A DNA stretch of 64,000 bases from Eledone cirrhosa (Eukaryota). The stretch covers positions 354,826,001 through 354,890,000 of the forward strand of contig OZ024743.1 of the NCBI GenBank assembly GCA_964016885.1. The letters run 5' to 3'. The position numbers and the translations under genes are program-made. Below the pieces are notes generated by a model, which did no database searches, was not told the origin of the DNA, and was given only the letters and a program-made list of their open reading frames with translations. Positions 37,893 through 47,416 of the stretch are shown in pieces (the stretch's first letter is position 1; each line of letters opens with the position of its first letter).

Positions 37893-40800
37893 TTACAGAT
37901 ATATTCTCAGAGTCGGCCCATTCACTCGGGCCATTCTTGCTTCTCTCACCCATCTTTCAACAAAATGCTGGGAAGAGAGCACTTCCTTCTCTACTCTGAT
38001 TTTCCTTTTCAAATGAAATTTGAAAAAGTCAATCAGAGCATCACCGAAGAGGTAAGTGCTCGTCTTCAGCCCTTTCAAACGTGTCCACCATACTATCTCT
38101 TTCGCCATGGCCACCAGACAGATAAAAACTGCCTGCCCTTCCCGGCTAAAGGAGGAGGGCGGGGCAATCCTCACGATAGACTCAGATGATAGCTGGATCC
38201 GTCCTAAACGCGACAGCAGGTGTTCGACATAAACCCACAAGTCAGCAATTTTCGGACACTGGACGAGTGCGTGCAGGACGGTTTCGTCGCCCTGCGCGCA
38301 TCTCGGACATGCCCGGCTGACGGCACCTCCATGCCTGTAGAGTTTATCCCGAACTGGCAAGGCTCCTCGGTAGCACTGCCAGGCCAGAGATTTCTGGAAG
38401 TTGTCCATAGGCCCTGGCCCGAAAGTTCTTCCGAAGAGATTGGCTAGTTGATTTTCGTCGACGCCTAGAGTTTCCCCAAGTACGTCGTCGCTCTTCCCCT
38501 CCACTAATCCTCTATAGAACGCCGATGTGGAGTTTCCACCGATCACATTGCCCGATTGGTCGAGGGCTGTGAGCGCCTGAAGACGTTCCAGTCTCCAGGC
38601 GCTCCCTCTCGGTCTTCGCTTGACCCAGGACTGCAGCTCCGTCAAGGAAACGAGCTGGGGAAAAACGCGTCTAGCAAACGGCGACCACACCTGATCACCG
38701 TCGAGGAAGAGGTGGAGATGTCGTAGCCTGAGCGCGTGCCTGCGCATCATCAGCCACGGCATGCCCAGCCCTCCACGTAGCGGGTGTTGACAACAGATGG
38801 ACCGCCTGACCATCGGAGCACGTCCCTTCCACAAAAAGCGAAAGAGCAAACGCTCCAGCGCAGTCAGGCGAGGCTTAGGACAAGGTACGACGGTTAGGCG
38901 GTAGCAGATGACAGACGCGATGTACGCGTTAGCCACCTCCGCTCGACCTTTCAGGGATAGCTTCCTCTCCGCCCATTTCTGGGTGAGAGAAGCCACCCTG
39001 CTCGTCACCTCGTCCCAGTTTTTGTCCGTCTGGAGGTCCGGACCGAACCAGACCCCTAGCAATTTAACCGGTCCGTCCGTCCAGCGCCCGACGACGCTGT
39101 TGGACGGCATGGACCTGCCTCTCCAGGTGCCGAGCTGCAGGCCCACTGACTTTTCCTGGTTGATCATTGCTCCTGTCACCGCTTCGTATTCTCTTTGTGT
39201 AGTGCCGATCGCCTCGATGTGTTTGGCGTTCGACACCACTACGGTGACATCGTCCGCATATGCTGATACGGATCTTCCGCATCCTAGTTCGCGCGGGACC
39301 CCCCTCAACGTCTCCAGTTTGTGCAGTAATGGCTCGAGAGTCAATACGTACAAGAGGGACGAGAGGGGACATCCTTGGCGGACCGAGCGCATGATGTTGA
39401 ACGGTTCCGACAGGTGACCGTTCACTCTCACCACAGAGCAGATGTCGCTGTGCATGGCAGCGATCCAGCCTCTGAAGACGGGCCCAAAGCCAGCCGCCCT
39501 CAGGACTGCCGCTAGGTAACGATGGTCGACCCTATCGAAAGCTTTCGACTGATCTAAATTGATCAAGGACCCACCCGTGCCAGGTTCCCTAGCTACCCTC
39601 TCTACGATGTATCGCATGAGGTGGAGGTTGTCGTGGATGGATCTGTCGGGAATGGCGCATGTCTGCGCCTCTCCCACCAGACCACCAACGACAAGCGCCA
39701 ACCTCTTTGCTAGCACCTTGGCCAAAATCTTAAACTCTGTGTTTAGCAGAGTTATGGGCCGGAAATTGTCTATGTTATCCCCCTTGTTCGGATCCTTTCT
39801 CAGCAGTGCCACCGCTCCTCGGCTCACAGAACTGGGAATTCTCCCGTTCTGTTGCCAGTTGCAGTAGACGTCCGCCAAGAGGCCTCCGAACAAGTCTGGT
39901 ATCTGTACGTAAAGTTCATAGGGCAGACCATCCAAACCAGGCGATTTACCCCTTGTGCAGCCAGTCATTGCCTCCCGTACTTCAGCGGCTGTTATCGGCT
40001 TTTCGCAACACTTCGCCTCAGTGGCCGAGAGCCGCGGCAGTCCGTCGAGGTAGACACTAAAGTCCATCCCTCTACCCGGCCCACCGCTGCCCCCGAACAG
40101 CTGAGCGAAGTGTCGCTGAAAAGCTTCACACATTTGCCCGGGATCGAGTAGCATGCGCCCGTCGTGGTCCACCAAAGACCGGATCGTGGCTTTGTTGCCA
40201 CGACGCGCCTCCGCCACTCGGGCCCATTGAACGGCTTTCGTCCCCTCGTGTCTGAGAGCACGCACCCTAGCTCTGACAACGCAGCCTTCGTGCTTTGCAT
40301 TGAAGAATTGGTCAAGGGCCAATTTCGCCGCAAGCACGTCGGTCGCAATGCCTTTGCTAAGCGCCTCGTCTAATTTTCTAACTAGTTCTCCCTCTGCTCT
40401 ATTTTTCTCTATTGCTAAAGCCTTACTAAACCTAATCGATTCTATTCTAATCGCTCTTTTCAGAGCAAACCACCACTTGTTGTTGACGATGGCCCCCGTC
40501 AACGCCCGCTTAACTAGTTCGCTAATCCGGTCTCTGTAGGCCTTGCGCGCTGGTAAGGACGCGTTTAGCTTCCAGTAGCCGGGTCCTCGTCTATGAAGCC
40601 TATCTAAGTCAAGCACACAGATCACGAATTTGTGGTCCGTGTAGCTGACTATCTTGAATTGTGGACAGCCTATGCTAGACCTATCTATTTCCCTACAAAA
40701 TACTCTATCTAGATATGATCTGGATGACCCTATGCGGTTTGTCCAAGTCCACATTGGCACATTCGGGAAATCCAATCGGTACCTGTCAGACAGTTCAAAA

Positions 40801-41312
40801 CGCCTGAGCAGGTTGGTGAGGCTCTTGCACCCTCCACCCCTATCCGCTAATCCCACACAGTCCCAGCGTGCATCTAAGATCCCGTTCCAGTCGCCCACTA
40901 ACACTAAAGAGCGGGACGTTCCAAGAAAGGTCTCCAGACGCCGGAAGAAATCAGGCCGCCCTGCTCCTGTCGGGGCATAGACGGCCACTAGCCTGAAAGC
41001 TTGCCCGTCTCCGCTGGTCACGTCCAGCACCACCAGCTTACCCTCTGGGTCCAGGAAGATGGCCCGTATGGCGAGATCCAAACCTCTCCGAAAAAGCACA
41101 GCAACTCCTCCACCCGATCCAGGACGGCTGGGAGATGCGTACACATCGTAGCCGCCGAAGATCGGTGCGAAGGCCCGTGCTTCGGAGATTCTGGTCTCGC
41201 TGATGGCCACTACATCTATGTTTAGTGACCTGAGGTCGTTGAGCAGGTGACCCTGCTTCCATGACGACCCCAAGCCACGCGCATTTATGCTGCCTATTCT
41301 GAGTGAGGTCAT
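37893..41312 (-). CDS. ORF2: AP-like endonuclease + reverse transcriptase + C-terminal Zn finger (1139 aa)
   Basis: APE motifs GSIN, ISET, VYAP, GDWN, YLDR, YTDH, GPGYWKLN. RT motifs KSPGLDG, NFRPITLL, DQSKAFD, RQGCPLS, YADD. C-terminal CPRC..ETVLHALVQC. Confidence 0.97.
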   Translation of the reverse strand: MTSLRIGSINARGLGSSWKQGHLLNDLRSLNIDVVAISETRISEARAFAPIFGGYDVYASPSRPGSGGGVAVLFRRGLDLAIRAIFLDPEGKLVVLDVTSGDGQAFRLVAVYAPTGAGRPDFFRRLETFLGTSRSLVLVGDWNGILDARWDCVGLADRGGGCKSLTNLLRRFELSDRYRLDFPNVPMWTWTNRIGSSRSYLDRVFCREIDRSSIGCPQFKIVSYTDHKFVICVLDLDRLHRRGPGYWKLNASLPARKAYRDRISELVKRALTGAIVNNKWWFALKRAIRIESIRFSKALAIEKNRAEGELVRKLDEALSKGIATDVLAAKLALDQFFNAKHEGCVVRARVRALRHEGTKAVQWARVAEARRGNKATIRSLVDHDGRMLLDPGQMCEAFQRHFAQLFGGSGGPGRGMDFSVYLDGLPRLSATEAKCCEKPITAAEVREAMTGCTRGKSPGLDGLPYELYVQIPDLFGGLLADVYCNWQQNGRIPSSVSRGAVALLRKDPNKGDNIDNFRPITLLNTEFKILAKVLAKRLALVVGGLVGEAQTCAIPDRSIHDNLHLMRYIVERVAREPGTGGSLINLDQSKAFDRVDHRYLAAVLRAAGFGPVFRGWIAAMHSDICSVVRVNGHLSEPFNIMRSVRQGCPLSSLLYVLTLEPLLHKLETLRGVPRELGCGRSVSAYADDVTVVVSNAKHIEAIGTTQREYEAVTGAMINQEKSVGLQLGTWRGRSMPSNSVVGRWTDGPVKLLGVWFGPDLQTDKNWDEVTSRVASLTQKWAERKLSLKGRAEVANAYIASVICYRLTVVPCPKPRLTALERLLFRFLWKGRAPMVRRSICCQHPLRGGLGMPWLMMRRHALRLRHLHLFLDGDQVWSPFARRVFPQLVSLTELQSWVKRRPRGSAWRLERLQALTALDQSGNVIGGNSTSAFYRGLVEGKSDDVLGETLGVDENQLANLFGRTFGPGPMDNFQKSLAWQCYRGALPVRDKLYRHGGAVSRACPRCAQGDETVLHALVQCPKIADLWVYVEHLLSRLGRIQLSSESIVRIAPPSSFSREGQAVFICLVAMAKEIVWWTRLKGLKTSTYLFGDALIDFFKFHLKRKIRVEKEVLSSQHFVERWVREARMARVNGPTLRIYL

Positions 41313-41347
41313 GTTTAAAATAGAGTGGAAAAGATGGGAAAGACCAC

Positions 41348-43474
41348 TTACCGTACTTTTGGTAGAGGAGGGATGGTTTTTACATCCCTTTTCACTTGAT
41401 CGTCTGGTGAAGGGACCGTTGAATCGTCCCTTCGGCTGGTCGTCGGCTCTTCTAAGAGAATGTCTGAGTATACTCTTCGATTGATGGTTCCTCCTAGGTC
41501 CCTGAAATCACCAACTGCGTTGGGGAATTTCGTTTTAATGTTTGTGTATTGTTTCTGTGCTATTTTTAGCAGTCTTATGTTAGTTGGCGTTTTGATTGGT
41601 GCTGGTATTATGTAGTCCTGTTGTGAAATGTCTGTGTGTTCAATTATGTAAGTCATTAGTTTCTTGTTGTGTGTATTTATTGCCGTGCATTTGTTTTTCT
41701 GGGGGTGGGGTGTGGTTCTGCTATTTTCTTGTCGTTGTTGCTGGGTGTGTGTGTTTTGTTGTTGTGTTTGCGATGTTGGTGCTTGTGGTGGTGGTGTTGA
41801 AGGTGTTGTTGGCGGTGGGGTTGTCGCCGGTGGTGATGGTGGTGCTGGTGTGGGTGGTGATGGTGTTGGTGGTGTTGCTGCTGTGGGTCTCTTTGCAGTA
41901 GACTTTACCCTTTTCTCATTTCTTTCCTCCCTTTTCAAAGGCGACGATGCGCTGCTTCTGCGTTTGTGCCTTCTTGCGACCTTTTGCCATCCCTCTCCCA
42001 CCTCACACTCCATGTCTGATTCTGTAAGGTCGGGGAGGGGTACCAGCTCCACTCTTTCACTTGTTGTTGTTGGTGATGTTTGCACTGGAGTCTCTGTTGC
42101 AGCTGCATTTGGTATTGCTGTTGTTGTTGTTAATATTTCCACTGCTGCTGCTGTCTTTGATTTCCGTGGAGTGGGTATGGGTGCCACGGACCTATCGTTC
42201 CTGGTTGCCGCTTGTCCTGTTGCTGGTAGCCGTGGAGCCGGATTCGGAAGGAGGGGGGTTTTCTCCTTTCTCAGGGTCTTCTCGTTGCAGAAGGCCCTGA
42301 GGTGAGTCTTCGATCCACAGCGAAAGCATTTCGGGCGTTTGCCCTCAACACTTATGGGCAGTTGAGTGCCGTTATCGAAGTCTATCACATCCGGGATAGC
42401 TTCGATGCACTCCTGGTTGGTTTGGATTAGCATCTCAATGGAGGAGCCGACCCAATCTTCTCTTACTTTTTTCTGTACTTGCAGTACAGTTGTTTTGTCC
42501 TCGATTCCGACGAGGACAGACGCGGCCAGCCAAGAAGGGGTCATTCCGGGGGGGACGAGGGTCAGTTTGACCCTCACAATTTTTTGCCCGCAGTAGGAGG
42601 GCACCAACACCATTTCCTCGCTCCTTAGGGTCACTACTGATTGGGCCTTTGCCTCCTGGGGTGTGGCAAAAAGTACGTCTACGGTGGCGTATTTTTTGCC
42701 TCGGGTGATGTGCGTTTTCCTCTGCCACACAGACCCCAAGGCTTTTTGTATTTGGGCCTCTGTGGCTCTTTCCACCCTACGGGATTTTGTACTTACTGTA
42801 CGGTACGTGACCGTACAGTGCTCTTGGGTTTCGAAAAAATTTTTCGCTGCCATGCAGATTGCTCGGTGTCCGTTCTTTGTCACCATCTTCTTCGCTTCCT
42901 CTAATTCCTCATTTGTTATGAGGATTGTTTCCAAGTTTTTCGCAATACCTGCAAATGAGATTGGTTTTTCTCTGCTGTTGTTGTTGTCGTCAGAGCTGCT
43001 GGTACTTTTGTTGCTGCAGGTACTACGACTACTGCCTCCGCCGCTGTTGCTGTGGTTGTTGTTGGTGTTGCTGCTGCTAATGCTGTTGTTGTTTATGCTG
43101 CTGGTGATGCTGTTGCGGCTGCTACTGTTGTTTTCATTGTCACTGTTGCTGTTGTTATTACGGCTGCTACTGCTATTATTCCTGACGTCAGACGAATGAA
43201 CTGGGTTTTCGTATTTCCCGCACACCTGTTTCGTCGCTGTCGTCGTCGTCGTGGAGAAACCTTGCACGCTTTGCACGAGACTTTTCTTTTCTTTCGTCGC
43301 TTGCGAAAGAGAAGGGAGGGAGAGAGACACATTTAAAGAAGGGAGGGAGAGAGACAATCTTCTCTCTGCTGTAGTGATGATTGAGGAAGAAGAAGACGGA
43401 ATGAGTGGGAGTGACGTATGAAATTTCTTTTTGGTAGCCATGTTTTTTTGTTTAAAATGAAATTTTGGGTACAA
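41348..43474 (-). CDS. Copy B ORF1 (first ATG ~43441)
   Basis: 708-aa frame with the CFRCGSKTHLRAFC knuckle. Confidence 0.9.
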   Translation of the reverse strand: MYPKFHFKQKNMATKKKFHTSLPLIPSSSSSIITTAERRLSLSLPSLNVSLSLPSLSQATKEKKSLVQSVQGFSTTTTTATKQVCGKYENPVHSSDVRNNSSSSRNNNSNSDNENNSSSRNSITSSINNNSISSSNTNNNHSNSGGGSSRSTCSNKSTSSSDDNNNSREKPISFAGIAKNLETILITNEELEEAKKMVTKNGHRAICMAAKNFFETQEHCTVTYRTVSTKSRRVERATEAQIQKALGSVWQRKTHITRGKKYATVDVLFATPQEAKAQSVVTLRSEEMVLVPSYCGQKIVRVKLTLVPPGMTPSWLAASVLVGIEDKTTVLQVQKKVREDWVGSSIEMLIQTNQECIEAIPDVIDFDNGTQLPISVEGKRPKCFRCGSKTHLRAFCNEKTLRKEKTPLLPNPAPRLPATGQAATRNDRSVAPIPTPRKSKTAAAVEILTTTTAIPNAAATETPVQTSPTTTSERVELVPLPDLTESDMECEVGEGWQKVARRHKRRSSASSPLKREERNEKRVKSTAKRPTAATPPTPSPPTPAPPSPPATTPPPTTPSTPPPQAPTSQTQQQNTHTQQQRQENSRTTPHPQKNKCTAINTHNKKLMTYIIEHTDISQQDYIIPAPIKTPTNIRLLKIAQKQYTNIKTKFPNAVGDFRDLGGTINRRVYSDILLEEPTTSRRDDSTVPSPDDQVKRDVKTIPPLPKVR

Positions 43475-43654
43475 AACCCCAATAACTGGTTATTTAACCC
43501 CGAAGGGCCACATAACGGACAGAAAGACCCCTCTCACGAGGAGGAGGGTGTCTTTATCAACAATTTGGTTCAAGTTTTAAACAATTTACAATTGTTTTAA
43601 CGGTTAAAAATTACTATACCTTACAGAGCCGAGCCTCCGTCAACCATGGCATTC

Positions 43655-43699
<45 letters not shown>
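43655..43699. repeat. (AAT)15 spacer/target tract
   Basis: Lies between copies B and C. Confidence 0.97.
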
Positions 43700-43701
<2 letters not shown>

Positions 43702-43961
43702 TTTCTTTATTAACCACAAGGGTTTACATAAAGTAGACATTAAGGACAGTGCAGGACAATGCAGGACGGTACAAATGGGCATTTCTGCGTGTAAAAAAAC
43801 AAAAACAGAGGATGTAACAAAAATACCAATGAAAATAACAATGAAAAATTCCCCAATAGGGGGGAGACTTCGGAGGGACATTTGTGGAGAAAGCCCAGTA
43901 AAAAGCCACAATGACCCTGACCACCAAGGCAAGTGCCCTCTCCCAGTTTTCCACCTTTAGT

Positions 43962-46900
43962 TTACAGATATATACTCAGAGTCGGCCCATTCACTCGGGC
44001 CATTCTTGCTTCTCTCATCCATCTTTCAACAAAATGCTGGGAAGAGAGCACTTCCTTCTCTACTCTGATTTTCCTTTTCAAATGAAATTTGAAAAAGTCA
44101 ATCAGAGCATCACCGAAGAGGTAAGTGCTCGTCTTCAGCCCTTTCAAACGTGTCCACCATACTATCTCTTTCGCCATGGCCACCAGACAGATAAAAACTG
44201 CCTGCCCTTCCCGGCTAAAGGAGGAGGGCGGGGCAATCCTCACGATAGACTCAGATGATAGCTGGATCCGTCCTAAACGCGACAGCAGGTGTTCGACATA
44301 AACCCACAAGTCAGCAATTTTCGGACACTGGACGAGTGCGTGCAGGACGGTTTCGTCGCCCTGCGCGCATCTCGGACATGCCCGGCTGACGGCACCTCCA
44401 TGCCTGTAGAGTTTATCCCGAACTGGCAAGGCTCCTCGGTAGCACTGCCAGGCCAGAGATTTCTGGAAGTTGTCCATAGGCCCTGGTCCGAAAGTTCTTC
44501 CGAAGAGATTGGCTAGTTGATTTTCGTCGACGCCTAGAGTTTCCCCAAGTACGTCGTCGCTCTTCCCCTCCACTAATCCTCTATAGAACGCCGAGGTGGA
44601 GTTTCCACCGATCACATTGCCCGATTGGTCGAGGGCTGTGAGCGCCTGAAGACATTCCAGTCTCCAGGCGCTCCCTCTCGGTCTTCGCTTGACCCAGGAC
44701 TGCAGCTCCGTCAAGGAAACGAGCTGGGGAAAAACTCGTCTAGCAAACGGCGACCACACCTGATCACCGTCGAGGAAGAGGTGGAGATGTCGTAGCCTGA
44801 GCGCGTGCCTGCGCATCATCAGCCACGGCATGCCCAGCCCTCCACGTAGCGGGTGTTGACAACAGATGGACCGCCTGACCATCGGAGCACATCCCTTCCA
44901 CAAAAAGCGAAAGAGCAAACGCTCCAGCGCAGTCAGGCGAGGCTTAGGACAAGGTACGACGGTTAGGCGGTAGCAGATGACAGACGCGATGTACGCGTTA
45001 GCCACCTCCGCTCGACCTTTCAGGGATAGCTTCCTCTCCGCCCATTTCTGGGTGAGAGAAGCCACCCTGCTCGTCACCTCGTCCCAGTTTTTGTCCGTCT
45101 GGAGGTCCGGACCGAACCAGACCCCTAGCAATTTAACCGGTCCGTCCGTCCAGCGCCCGACAACGCTGTTGGACGGCATGGACCTGCCTCTCCAGGTGCC
45201 GAGCTGCAGGCCCACTGACTTTTCCTGGTTGATCATTGCTCCTGTCACCGCTTCGTATTCTCTTAGTGTAGTGCCGATCGCCTCGATGTGTTTGGCGTTC
45301 GACACCACTACGGTGACATCGTCCGCATATGCTGACACGGATCTTCCGCATCCTAGTTCGCGCGGGACTCCCCTCAACGTCTCCAGTTTGTGCAGTAATG
45401 GCTCGAGCGTCAATACGTACAAGAGGGACGAGAGGGGACATCCTTGGCGGACCGAGCGCATGATGTTGAACGGTTCCGACAGGTGACCGTTCACTCTCAC
45501 CACAGAGCAGATGTCGCTGTGCATGGCAGCGATCCAGCCTCTGAAGACGGGCCCAAAGCCAGCCGCCCTCAGGACTGCCGCTAGGTAACGATGGTCGACC
45601 CTATCGAAAGCTTTCGACTGATCTAAATTGATCAAGGACCCACCCGTGCCAGGTTCCCTAGCTACCCTCTCTACGATGTATCGCATGAGGTGGAGGTTGT
45701 CGTGGATGGATCTGTCGGGAATGGCGCATGTCTGCGCCTCTCCCACCAGACCACCAACGACAAGCGCCAACCTCTTTGCTAGCACCTTGGCCAAAATCTT
45801 AAACTCTGTGTTTAGCAGAGTTATGGGCCGGAAATTGTCTATGTTATCCCCCTTGTTCGGATCCTTTCTCAGCAGTGCCACCGCTCCTCGGCTCACAGAA
45901 CTGGGAATTCTCCCGTTCTGTTGCCAGTTGCAGTAGACGTCCGCCAAGAGGCCTCCGAACAAGTCTGGCATCTGTACGTAAAGTTCATAGGGCAGACCAT
46001 CCAAACCAGGCGATTTACCCCTTGTGCAGCCAGTCATTGCCTCCCTTACTTCAGCGGCTGTTATCGGCTTTTCGCAACACTTCGCCTCAGTGGCCGAGAG
46101 CCGCGGCAGTCCGTCGAGGTAGACACTAAAGTCCATCCCTCTACCCGGCCCCCCGCTGCCCCCGAACAGCTGAGCGAAGTGTCGCTGAAAAGCTTCACAC
46201 ATTTGCCCGGGATCGAGTAGCATGCGCCCGTCGTGGTCCACCAAAGACCGGATCGTGGCTTTGTTGCCACGACGCGCCTCCGCCACTCGGGCCCATTGAA
46301 CGGCTTTCGTCCCCTCGTGTCTGAGAGCACGCACCCTAGCTCTGACAACGCAGCCTTCGTGCTTTGCATTGAAGAATTGGTCAAGGGCCAATTTCGCCGC
46401 AAGCACGTCGGTCGCAATGCCTTTGCTAAGCGCCTCGTCTAATTTTCTAACTAGTTCTCCCTCTGCTCTATTTTTCTCTATTGCTAAAGCCTTACTAAAC
46501 CTAATCGATTCTATTCTAATCGCTCTTTTCAGAGCAAACCACCACTTGTTGTTGACGATGGCCCCCGTCAACGCCCGCTTAACTAGTTCGCTAATCCGGT
46601 CTCTGTAGGCCTTGCGCGCTGGTAAGGACGCGTTTAGCTTCCAGTAGCCGGGTCCTCGTCTATGAAGCCTATCTAAGTCAAGCACACAGATCACGAATTT
46701 GTGGTCCGTGTAGCTGACTATCTTGAATTGTGGACAGCCTATGCTAGACCTATCTATTTCCCTACAAAATACTCTATCTAGATATGATCTGGATGACCCT
46801 ATGCGATTTGTCCAAGTCCACATTGGCACATTCGGGAAATCCAATCGGTACCTGTCAGACAGTTCAAAACGCCTGAGCAGGTTGGTGAGGCTCTTGCACC

Positions 46901-47381
46901 CTCCACCCCTATCCGCTAATCCCACACAGTCCCAGCGTGCATCTAAGATCCCGTTCCAGTTGCCCACTAACACTAAAGAGCGGGACGTTCCAAGAAAGGT
47001 CTCCAGACGCCGGAAGAAATCAGGCCGCCCTGCTCCTGTCGGGGCATAGACGGCCACTAGCCTGAAAGCTTGCCCGTCTCCGCTGGTCACGTCCAGCACC
47101 ACCAGCTTACCCTCTGGGTCCAGGAAGATGGCCCGTATGGCGAGATCCAAACCTCTCCGAAAAAGCACAGCAACTCCTCCACCCGATCCAGGACGGCTGG
47201 GAGATGCGTACACATCGTAGCCGCCGAAGATCGGTGCGAAGGCCCGTGCTTCGGAGATTCTGGTCTCGCTGATGGCCACTACATCTATGTTTAGTGACCT
47301 GAGGTCGTTGAGCAGGTGACCCTGCTTCCATGACGACCCCAAGCCACGCGCATTTATGCTGCCTATTCTGAGTGAGGTCAT
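43962..47381 (-). CDS. Copy C ORF2 (APE-RT, 1139 aa; GDWN>GNWN)
   Basis: Same motifs as copy B, with a D-to-N change in the APE active-site motif. Confidence 0.95.
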   Translation of the reverse strand: MTSLRIGSINARGLGSSWKQGHLLNDLRSLNIDVVAISETRISEARAFAPIFGGYDVYASPSRPGSGGGVAVLFRRGLDLAIRAIFLDPEGKLVVLDVTSGDGQAFRLVAVYAPTGAGRPDFFRRLETFLGTSRSLVLVGNWNGILDARWDCVGLADRGGGCKSLTNLLRRFELSDRYRLDFPNVPMWTWTNRIGSSRSYLDRVFCREIDRSSIGCPQFKIVSYTDHKFVICVLDLDRLHRRGPGYWKLNASLPARKAYRDRISELVKRALTGAIVNNKWWFALKRAIRIESIRFSKALAIEKNRAEGELVRKLDEALSKGIATDVLAAKLALDQFFNAKHEGCVVRARVRALRHEGTKAVQWARVAEARRGNKATIRSLVDHDGRMLLDPGQMCEAFQRHFAQLFGGSGGPGRGMDFSVYLDGLPRLSATEAKCCEKPITAAEVREAMTGCTRGKSPGLDGLPYELYVQMPDLFGGLLADVYCNWQQNGRIPSSVSRGAVALLRKDPNKGDNIDNFRPITLLNTEFKILAKVLAKRLALVVGGLVGEAQTCAIPDRSIHDNLHLMRYIVERVAREPGTGGSLINLDQSKAFDRVDHRYLAAVLRAAGFGPVFRGWIAAMHSDICSVVRVNGHLSEPFNIMRSVRQGCPLSSLLYVLTLEPLLHKLETLRGVPRELGCGRSVSAYADDVTVVVSNAKHIEAIGTTLREYEAVTGAMINQEKSVGLQLGTWRGRSMPSNSVVGRWTDGPVKLLGVWFGPDLQTDKNWDEVTSRVASLTQKWAERKLSLKGRAEVANAYIASVICYRLTVVPCPKPRLTALERLLFRFLWKGCAPMVRRSICCQHPLRGGLGMPWLMMRRHALRLRHLHLFLDGDQVWSPFARRVFPQLVSLTELQSWVKRRPRGSAWRLECLQALTALDQSGNVIGGNSTSAFYRGLVEGKSDDVLGETLGVDENQLANLFGRTFGPGPMDNFQKSLAWQCYRGALPVRDKLYRHGGAVSRACPRCAQGDETVLHALVQCPKIADLWVYVEHLLSRLGRIQLSSESIVRIAPPSSFSREGQAVFICLVAMAKEIVWWTRLKGLKTSTYLFGDALIDFFKFHLKRKIRVEKEVLSSQHFVERWMREARMARVNGPTLSIYL

Positions 47382-47416
47382 GTTTAAAATAGAGTGGAAA
47401 AGATGGGAAAGACCAC

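Larger units (their letters stand above)
37631..43654 (-). mobile_element. Tx1-like LINE subfamily 1, copy B; full length (6,024 bp), both ORFs open
   Basis: 5'UTR-ORF1-35-nt spacer-ORF2-3'UTR with AATAAA and a (TTA)n tail. Confidence 0.97.

Noticed and set aside
43520-43557. TCCTCGT motif in the Tx1 5'UTR as an HDV-like ribozyme
   Set aside because: It folds as a simple hairpin (aaagac..gtcttt); no upstream P1 partner or P2 was found.
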